Positions 57,216-64,000 of a stretch of DNA of 64,000 bases are shown here, piece by piece. The translations under genes were made by a program, and so were the position numbers. The notes under the pieces were generated by a model that saw nothing but the letters and a program-made list of their open reading frames with translations, ran no database searches and was not told the DNA's origin. Position 1 is the stretch's first letter. The number at the start of each line of letters is the position of its first letter. Origin of the DNA: Anaerolineae bacterium (GTDB lineage: Bacteria; Chloroflexota; Anaerolineae; VGOG01); NCBI GenBank assembly GCA_049589355.1, contig JBAWAP010000280.1, forward strand, positions 32 to 64,031, in the 5' to 3' direction.

Positions 57216-59956
57216 CTGAGACCCTCCGCAACCAGATCGGGCACCAGGCGCAGGGCCTCCCCGATGCGACCCGTGTCCCGGCCGCCAGCCTGGGCCAAAG
57301 TGGGCTTGCCTCCCCCACTGCCACCAACTACCTGAGCAACCTGCTTTACGAGCTGACCGGCATGGAGGCCCCGCTCCACCAAATCGGAGGTGATAGCAGC
57401 CACAAAACTGGGCTTAGAAGCCATCACCGCCCCCAAGACAATAACTCCAGACCCCATACGGTTGCGGAACCAGTCACTCATCTCCCGCAAGGTATCCATG
57501 TCGGCCACTTCAACCTGAGCAGCTAAGACCTTTACACCACCCACATCCTGCACCCGAGAGAGCAGTCCCTCAAAATCCCGGTGGGCGATCTCCCGACGTA
57601 GGCTGGCAACCTCCTTGCTCCGTTCCTGAAGTTCATCCAGAAGCGCCAACAGCTTTCGATCAACCTCATCGGGAGAACAGCTAAGGAATGCCGCGCTGGA
57701 TTCCAAGACCCTCATCCGTTCCTGTACCAACTTTTGGGCAGCCCGGCCCGTAAACGCTTCGATTCGACGAAGGCCCGCTCCGATACTCGATTCTGATGCA
57801 ATATGGAAGGACCCAATCTCGCTGGTCCGCTTAACATGGGTGCCACCGCAGAGCTCCTGGCTGAAAGGCTCACTGGGATCACCGATTTTGAGCACCCGCA
57901 CCCGCTCACTGTACTTCTCGCCAAACAGAGCGATGGCCCCTTCGGCGATGGCCTCCTTGTAGCCACTATGGATTACCTCCACGGGGTAGTTGGCCAGGAT
58001 AGCCTCGTTGACCAACCGCTCGACTTCGCTCAGTTCGTCCTGGGTGAGCATGGCCGAATGGGTGAAGTCAAAGCGCAGGCCACCTGGACCCACCAGGGAG
58101 CCAGCCTGCTGGACGTGCTCGCCCAGGACACAGCGCAGAGCATTGTGCAAGAGGTGGGTGGCAGTGTGGTTGCGGGCAATGTCCATGCGCCGTTCGGAGT
58201 CCACCACGGCCTGGGCGCTGTCGCCCACCTGGGGCGTGCCCAACCGCACCTCCCCGATGTGGACGATGAGTCCTGGGAGCGGCTGTCGGACATCGCTGAC
58301 TGCAACCTCCCACCCAGGCTCTCCTTCCCCATCCTGAACGATCCGGCCGGTATCACTAACCTGACCGCCACTCTCCACGTAGAAGGGAGTCGCAGTCAAC
58401 ACCAACTCGACTTCATCGCCCTCCCGCGCCGAGGCAACTACCTGCCCAGCCCGTACTATGGCCGCTACCTTCGCCTTGGCCCCTGTCCTCTCCCCGTAGA
58501 CATGCTCCACCCCAGCCTCAGGCAGCCTTCCTGCCCGCTTCAATTCATCCAGAAGATCGCTGTAGACTTCTAGCTCCTTTCCCTCTTCAAAGGCAAATTG
58601 CTGAGCTGCCCGAGCCAGTTCCCGCTGTTTCTCTAGTGCCGCCGCGAAGCCCGCTTCGTCCACGGTGAGTCCGCGCTCTTTGGCTACATCCCTCGTCAAG
58701 TCCAACGGGAAGCCATAGGTATCGTAGAGCCTAAAAGCCTGGTCACCCGGAATCACGGCCTCCCCCTGCTGGCTCAGCTCAGCAACCAGCTCATCTAGCA
58801 AAGTAAGCCCCACATCCAGCGTGCGCTGAAAGCGTTCTTCCTCCTGGGTGATAGTCTGCAGGATGAACTCCCGCCTGGCCTCTAGCTCGGTGAAGTAGGG
58901 TCCCATAGTTTCGATAACCACCTTGGCGATCTCGCCCAAGAACGGGCCTGTGAAACCGATCTTCCGGCCGAAACGGGCAGCGCGACGCAGGATCATCCGT
59001 AGCACGTAGTTGCGCCCCTCGTTGCCTGGCAGCACCCCATCGCCCACCAAAAAGGTCACTGCCCGCCCATGGTCCGCGATGACCCGATAGCCAACGATGT
59101 CCGCCTCGCGCTCAGCGTCACTGTGACCAAGCATTTCCTGAATACGAGCCATGACGGGAGCAAACAAATCAGTGTCGTAATTGGAAACGACGCCCTGCAA
59201 AACGGACACCAGTCGCTCAAAGCCCATGCCCGTATCAACGTGCTTGGCAGGCAGTTCGTACAGGGTCCCCCTATTATCCTTGTTGTACTGGATGAAGACC
59301 AGGTTCCACAGCTCAAAAAAGCGCCTACAGTCGCCGTTCACACCGCAAACGTGATTGGGATCATCTCGGCAATCACATGCCTCCTCTCCCCTGTCGAGGT
59401 GGATTTCACTGCAGGGCCCGCAGGGGCCGGTATCACCCATTTCCCAGAAATTATCCTTGCGTCCGAAGTAGAGGATGTGCTCAGGGATTATGTCTGTCAC
59501 CTGGGCCCAATAGCGAGCCGCCTCCTCATCGGTTTCCAACTCGCCTTTTTCGTCCTTGAACACCGTGGCCCAGAGCCGGTCCTTGGGCAACCCCCACACC
59601 TCGGTGAGCAGCTCCCAAGCCCAGGCGATGGCCTCCTTCTTGTAATAATCACCGAAGGACCAATTGCCAAGCATCTCAAAGAAGGTGTGGTGATAAGTAT
59701 CGTATCCTACATCCTCCAGGTCATTATGTTTACCGGAAACCCGCAAGCATTTCTGACTGTCTGCCGCCCGCCTGTACTCTCGCTTCTCTAAGCCCAGGAA
59801 GATATTCTTAAATTGATTCATTCCAGCGTTTGTGAACAGCAGCGTAGGATCATCGCCGGGCACCAGCGAGGCGCTGGGCACTATAGCGTGCCCCTTGCTG
59901 GCGAAAAAATCCAAAAAGCATTGCCTGATCTCCGTGCCGGTCATAGACATAGCCAA
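57212..59956 (-). CDS. alaS: Alanine--tRNA ligase
   Basis: ..FTNAGMNQFK.., ..HHTFFEMLGNWSFGDYYK.. class II AlaRS; 914 aa. Confidence 0.95.
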   Translation of the reverse strand: MAMSMTGTEIRQCFLDFFASKGHAIVPSASLVPGDDPTLLFTNAGMNQFKNIFLGLEKREYRRAADSQKCLRVSGKHNDLEDVGYDTYHHTFFEMLGNWSFGDYYKKEAIAWAWELLTEVWGLPKDRLWATVFKDEKGELETDEEAARYWAQVTDIIPEHILYFGRKDNFWEMGDTGPCGPCSEIHLDRGEEACDCRDDPNHVCGVNGDCRRFFELWNLVFIQYNKDNRGTLYELPAKHVDTGMGFERLVSVLQGVVSNYDTDLFAPVMARIQEMLGHSDAEREADIVGYRVIADHGRAVTFLVGDGVLPGNEGRNYVLRMILRRAARFGRKIGFTGPFLGEIAKVVIETMGPYFTELEARREFILQTITQEEERFQRTLDVGLTLLDELVAELSQQGEAVIPGDQAFRLYDTYGFPLDLTRDVAKERGLTVDEAGFAAALEKQRELARAAQQFAFEEGKELEVYSDLLDELKRAGRLPEAGVEHVYGERTGAKAKVAAIVRAGQVVASAREGDEVELVLTATPFYVESGGQVSDTGRIVQDGEGEPGWEVAVSDVRQPLPGLIVHIGEVRLGTPQVGDSAQAVVDSERRMDIARNHTATHLLHNALRCVLGEHVQQAGSLVGPGGLRFDFTHSAMLTQDELSEVERLVNEAILANYPVEVIHSGYKEAIAEGAIALFGEKYSERVRVLKIGDPSEPFSQELCGGTHVKRTSEIGSFHIASESSIGAGLRRIEAFTGRAAQKLVQERMRVLESSAAFLSCSPDEVDRKLLALLDELQERSKEVASLRREIAHRDFEGLLSRVQDVGGVKVLAAQVEVADMDTLREMSDWFRNRMGSGVIVLGAVMASKPSFVAAITSDLVERGLHAGQLVKQVAQVVGGSGGGKPTLAQAGGRDTGRIGEALRLVPDLVAEGLS

Positions 59957-60427
59957 TTCCCCCCTGCAAACTTCAATTACGCTAATACCGTCATTTTAGC
60001 CCAAGTTAGCCATAATGTCAAACCAATTCGCTCTCTACTTCCCGCTAAGCTGAGCTTCTGAGCCATTTTGAACTGCTTTGTGGCGCATACTATACTACAT
60101 ATAGTAGCTTAAATGACGATTGAGCCACTACATACTGTAGTACATGAGCAGACTAGCAGAGACCAGAGTTTGCTCGATTCTCTGTAAAATTGGCTCTTGT
60201 CATTTTAGCTATTTTATGGTATAATTATGTTGATTTGTACGACCTCAATGAGATTGTGCCGGTTTGCTTGCACTCCTGAGAAATTTAGAGAATGGCTGCA
60301 AAACATGGCCGTGCCATTGCGTTTAGGATGAGTAACGAGCAACAAGTGACGAGTGACAAGTATGCCCCGTTCCTCGTTGCAACGTTGACTCGTTAACCCA
60401 TCACTTCCTACTTGAGGTTTTGCTGAG

Positions 60428-63400
60428 ATGAGATACGATGACTTCGAACTGCTAGTAACGAAGGACGGCGCCGACCAGTATTCCACGCGAGTGATATCGG
60501 CGAGCGCAGGTGAGGCGAAGGGGACCCTCGCCTTCAACTCCACCTACGACGACATTCAGCGTGCTCTGGCAAGGATCAAGGCCGAGGAGACCGATGAGGA
60601 ACTCTTCGTTAACCTTGGCCGTACGCTCTTCCAGCACCTATTTAGTGACGAGATAGAGAGCATCTACAGAGCTAGTCTGGGACACGCTAGAGCTCAAGGA
60701 AAAGGTCTGCGTATCAGGCTCAGAATTGAACCGCCCGAACTTAGCGCCATCCCCTGGGAATATCTCTACGATGAACTGAACGATCTCTTCTTGGGTGTCT
60801 CACCGGAAACGCCCGTCACTAGGTACATCCAAGTGGCTGAGCCTCCCCGCTCTATCACCATCCATCCTATACTTAAAGTGCTAGTGGTCATTTCTAACCC
60901 TGTCAACCTGGCTGAATATGGTCTGCGGGAGCTGAATGCCGAGAAAGAGAAACAAGTCCTGAGTCAGGCCTTGGAGGAATGGCAAGAGGAGGGCCTGGTG
61001 GAGTTGGAATTCCTCGATCATGCCATCGCCAGCGAAATCCGGGAGAAACTGCGTCGGTATCAACCGCACATTTTCCACTTTATCGGGCACGGTGCCTTCA
61101 GGGACGATACAGGGTACCTGGTTATTGAGGACGATGATCGCCGATGTCGCTTGATCAACGACAGAACCTTCCGCAAGTTCTTCCTTGGCAGCGACTTCAC
61201 CAAGCTCGTAGTTCTCAACGCTTGCCAGAGTGCGACCACGTCATCAACACAACCCATGGTTGGGCTAGCCCACAATCTAGTGCGCCGAGGGCTGCCTGCC
61301 GTGGTAGCTATGCAATACAGCATCTATGATGACACAGCCATCAAGTTCTCCAGGGAGTTCTATCGTGCCCTGGCCCTGGGTTTTCCCGTGGATACCGCCA
61401 TATCTGAGGCTCGCAGGGGAATCTACATCGACTGTGGGGCGGAAAGACGAGACTGGGGCATCCCTGTGCTCTTCATGAGATCGCCAGATGGGGTTATCTT
61501 GAAGCTACCCAAACCCATCTCCAGGCCCTTGCGATTGGAATCCATCCCCAGGAGTGGCAAGTTCATTGGGAGGAAGAGAGAACTCGATGAGTGCCAAGCG
61601 AAGCTTGATTCTCAGAACATACTTGTCATTGGGGGTACGGCGGGTGTCGGCAAAACCATGCTGGGCGCTCAGATAGCGATTCAGCACCCCCAAAGGAGAG
61701 TCTTCTGGCATACCTTCCATAGAAGCTTGAACGATAACTTGGAGTCGGTCATCTGGGCTCTAGGAGGATTCCTAACGACAGGCGGGGATGACACGCTGCA
61801 GAGATTTCTCGATCTCAATATCGAACAACTGAAGGAGGAGGGATATCAGCTAAGTGAGGCCCTCAACCTCCTCATCTACAGCCTAGAACAGGGCCTTTAC
61901 CTGCTGTGCTTCGATGACTTTCAGGTAGCTGATGAGGACGAGAAGATCAATTCCTTGTTTGAGATATTCAATGACCGACTGCAAAATACCAAAGTCATAG
62001 TGATGAGCCGCCAGGCACCTCGCTTCGCCGATGCACTCGGCCTAGACTATGAACCTCTAACAGGTCTCAATGAAGAGGACGCCAAAGCATTGCTCAACAG
62101 AGATGGTATCCATCTGAATCCAGAGCTTTTCGCCAAACTCTACGCTCAGACCCTAGGAAACCCTAAGCTCCTAGAGTTATTCATCACCTGGATGCAGAAT
62201 AGAGAATGGAAGAGCGATGAGATCAGCGAGTTTATAGACCGAACACTTGGGGAAAGGGTGGAAGAGCATCTGATCAGGAACGTTTACGAAGCCCTGTCAG
62301 CAGAAGAACAGAAACTACTAAAAGCAATCTCTATCTTCAGAGCCCCCGTGGACAAAGAGGCAATTGGGGAAATATTGATTGAGGAAGACATGGAGAACAT
62401 TGATGATCTCCTGGACGCTCTTGTACACAAGTATGTGGTACAAGAATCTGACTACGGGGAGAAATTCCTCCATTCCCTTCTGGTAGAGTTCTGCTATGAC
62501 AGGCTCAGGGCAGATGCGCCCTTTAGAACAAGATTACACAGGAATGCAGGACGATATTACCATGGCCAAGAAGACTATCTTGAGGCAGCACACCACTATT
62601 TCGAAGCAAGGGAATACCAGAAATCGGCCGAAGTCATCATTGATAACTCAGAGCAACTGATCTACGCTGGTCAATCCAGTGCGATAATGGGACAACTGGG
62701 AAAACTCGACTCCGAACTGCTAGATGCAGAAACCTGGGCATCAGTCTGCATAGCTATGGGTGATGCTTGTATGATAGCAGGTGAATACGATGACGCTGTA
62801 GAAAGCTACCAGGCCATTCTGGAAATCGAGCCGCGTCTGCTGGGTCCCCGAAAAGCAGCAGATGTCCGACGAAAGATTGGCGAAGGCTATGACAGAAAAG
62901 GACAATATGATCAAGCCCTAAAGCACTACAATGAAGGAATCCAAATATTGGGTGAGAATGTGTCAGTCGAGTTGGCAAGAATCTATGGGCGACTCAGCCG
63001 GATTTATGCCCATCAAGGAGAATACGAAAAAGCGATCGAAAGTGCCCGGCAGGGCCTCAAAATAGTCAAAGGAACGGGGTATGAAAAGGAGATCTCAGAT
63101 TGCTACGATGCTATCGGGCTGGTCTATTTGCGAAAGGGTGACTACGATAAAGCTATTCAGCATTATAGGAAAGCCCTCAAGGCAAGGGAAAGGATTGGAG
63201 ACAAGCTTGGGCTGGCGCGATCTTACATTCAACTTGGAATCGCGTGCAAATTCAAGGGTCAATATGATAAGGCACTCAAGTACTACACGGACAGCCTGAC
63301 AACCTCTGAAGAAATCGGCGATCTAATGCGCATTGCTGTCTCCCACGGCGAACTAGGCTTTATCCAAGATATCAAGAGCACCTATGACGAAGCAATCTGG

Positions 63401-63970
63401 CACTACAATAAGGGTCTTACATTGTTCAATAGGCTAGGGAACAAACCTCTGGCCGCAATTACACATAACAACTTAGGAGAGGCTTACAGAGGCAAAGGTG
63501 AATATGACAAGGCAATTGAACATCTTAAGATGGCGTTGAAAATGTACACTGATTTCGAGGATAAAGAGGGTTTGTCTGATGTGTATAGAATCCTCAGCGA
63601 AATCAATCTACGCCAAGGCGATATACACCAAGCACAAGAATATGCCCAAGAAGCGCTCCAATTGGCGGCTGAGATCGACTCCAAACCCTACAAGGGTTGT
63701 GCCTACAGAGCACTTGGAAAAATCCAGGCAGCGACGAAGAATACCGACGAGGCTAGAAGGTATCTGGATCTATCTCTAGACATGTTCAGGCAACTTGGTG
63801 ACAAAGCGGAGATAGCGTACACGCTAAACGACATAGCGAACTTTGAGTACGATGCGGGAGACACCAAAACGGCAAGGGAGGTATGCACTGAGGCCCTCAA
63901 GACGGCCGAGGCGTTAGGGATAAGTAAGATCATTGAGCAGATGACCGAACTGAAGCAAAAGTTGGCTTAG
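60428..63970 (+). CDS. CHAT (caspase-like) domain - STAND/NB-ARC-like P-loop NTPase - TPR repeat protein (1180 aa)
   Basis: CHAT His/Cys (..HFIGHG.., ..VVLNACQSA..), P-loop ..LVIGGTAGVGKTML.., >10 TPR-like repeats in the C-terminal 500 aa; locus is markedly AT-richer than neighbours. Confidence 0.7.
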   Translation: MRYDDFELLVTKDGADQYSTRVISASAGEAKGTLAFNSTYDDIQRALARIKAEETDEELFVNLGRTLFQHLFSDEIESIYRASLGHARAQGKGLRIRLRIEPPELSAIPWEYLYDELNDLFLGVSPETPVTRYIQVAEPPRSITIHPILKVLVVISNPVNLAEYGLRELNAEKEKQVLSQALEEWQEEGLVELEFLDHAIASEIREKLRRYQPHIFHFIGHGAFRDDTGYLVIEDDDRRCRLINDRTFRKFFLGSDFTKLVVLNACQSATTSSTQPMVGLAHNLVRRGLPAVVAMQYSIYDDTAIKFSREFYRALALGFPVDTAISEARRGIYIDCGAERRDWGIPVLFMRSPDGVILKLPKPISRPLRLESIPRSGKFIGRKRELDECQAKLDSQNILVIGGTAGVGKTMLGAQIAIQHPQRRVFWHTFHRSLNDNLESVIWALGGFLTTGGDDTLQRFLDLNIEQLKEEGYQLSEALNLLIYSLEQGLYLLCFDDFQVADEDEKINSLFEIFNDRLQNTKVIVMSRQAPRFADALGLDYEPLTGLNEEDAKALLNRDGIHLNPELFAKLYAQTLGNPKLLELFITWMQNREWKSDEISEFIDRTLGERVEEHLIRNVYEALSAEEQKLLKAISIFRAPVDKEAIGEILIEEDMENIDDLLDALVHKYVVQESDYGEKFLHSLLVEFCYDRLRADAPFRTRLHRNAGRYYHGQEDYLEAAHHYFEAREYQKSAEVIIDNSEQLIYAGQSSAIMGQLGKLDSELLDAETWASVCIAMGDACMIAGEYDDAVESYQAILEIEPRLLGPRKAADVRRKIGEGYDRKGQYDQALKHYNEGIQILGENVSVELARIYGRLSRIYAHQGEYEKAIESARQGLKIVKGTGYEKEISDCYDAIGLVYLRKGDYDKAIQHYRKALKARERIGDKLGLARSYIQLGIACKFKGQYDKALKYYTDSLTTSEEIGDLMRIAVSHGELGFIQDIKSTYDEAIWHYNKGLTLFNRLGNKPLAAITHNNLGEAYRGKGEYDKAIEHLKMALKMYTDFEDKEGLSDVYRILSEINLRQGDIHQAQEYAQEALQLAAEIDSKPYKGCAYRALGKIQAATKNTDEARRYLDLSLDMFRQLGDKAEIAYTLNDIANFEYDAGDTKTAREVCTEALKTAEALGISKIIEQMTELKQKLA

Positions 63971-63990
63971 AAACAGCCTGCTGTTTCTAA
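63966..63990 (+). terminator. Perfect 10-bp palindrome TTAGAAACAG-CCTG-CTGTTTCTAA overlapping the stop of the CHAT gene
   Basis: Seen directly. Confidence 0.5.
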
Positions 63991-64000
63991 GCCAGCACAT

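Noticed and set aside
60214-60543. 109-aa minus-strand ORF upstream/overlapping the CHAT gene start
   Set aside because: AT-rich noncoding leader region; overlaps start of a well-supported gene

Overview
High-GC (~60%) bacterial chromosomal window with three parts: (i) a core block to ~19.6 kb, (ii) a tRNA-Asp-anchored accessory mosaic from 19.6 to 40.8 kb, and (iii) a second core block from 40.9 to 60 kb ending in an AT-rich accessory gene.

Core block, 1-19.6 kb: the window opens with the distal end of a CRISPR array (37-bp repeat GTTGCAGCCCATTCGATCCGACACAGGATACTGAAAG, 12 intact repeats plus a degenerate terminal repeat). The array runs off the left edge and no cas genes are visible. Then a decayed ROK sugar-kinase remnant, yjbQ, a radical-SAM TIGR03960 / EamA / TIGR03936(DUF2344) trio, rplU and rpmA separated by a 3x97-bp tandem repeat, a long-tailed rpmE, tdk, hpt, a GIY-YIG gene, a degenerate RelE-like TA pair, a LysM-M23 peptidase, mevalonate kinase co-translated with an unknown membrane protein, a UbiA-family prenyltransferase, tlyA, a C-N hydrolase, ltaE and a CPBP protease.

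Accessory mosaic, 19.6-40.8 kb: a tRNA-Asp(GTC) at 19.63 kb, then a 38-bp copy of the tRNA 3' end at 21.65 kb (att-like). A conserved terminator plus consensus sigma70 promoter cassette (TTGCAA-17-TATAAT) occurs three times, at 19.75, 21.72 and 28.39 kb. Cargo: small membrane and Zn-ribbon ORFs; a peptide-catabolism-like cluster (two M29-like aminopeptidase paralogs, DUF1177, AroM, 3-hydroxyacid dehydrogenase); and a DUF433/DUF5615 pair whose DUF5615 is truncated exactly where the third cassette begins.

The most interesting part is a ~12.4-kb putative defence island at 28.5-40.8 kb: DUF499 P-loop ATPase (1016 aa), ASCH-domain protein, DUF1156 N6-adenine methyltransferase-like protein (1009 aa), a small DUF5678-like gene overlapping a retropepsin-like aspartic protease, and a PLD-nuclease/SNF2 helicase fusion (1246 aa). 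This is an Hma/BREX/DISARM-like helicase-methylase-ATPase architecture with extra ASCH and protease components. It also carries short G/C palindromic mini-elements inserted in-frame into two of its CDSs.

Second core block, 40.9-60 kb: moeA-mobB, an orphan KorB-like TPP subunit, an S1-domain protein, a HAD hydrolase, hflX, ctpA, smpB plus a clear tmRNA (ssrA, tag ending ALAA), an MtaD deaminase with an unexplained ~215-aa C-terminal extension, pdp, an ABC substrate-binding protein, and the mltG-ruvX-hyp-alaS cluster. The window ends with an AT-rich, probably horizontally acquired, CHAT(caspase-like)-STAND NTPase-TPR gene (1180 aa).

Several families of palindromic MITE-like repeats (GTCATTGCGAG...CTCGCAATGAC, AGACTTCCGAAGTCT, GTAGTAACGACTTTAGTC) are scattered through intergenic and even coding DNA.
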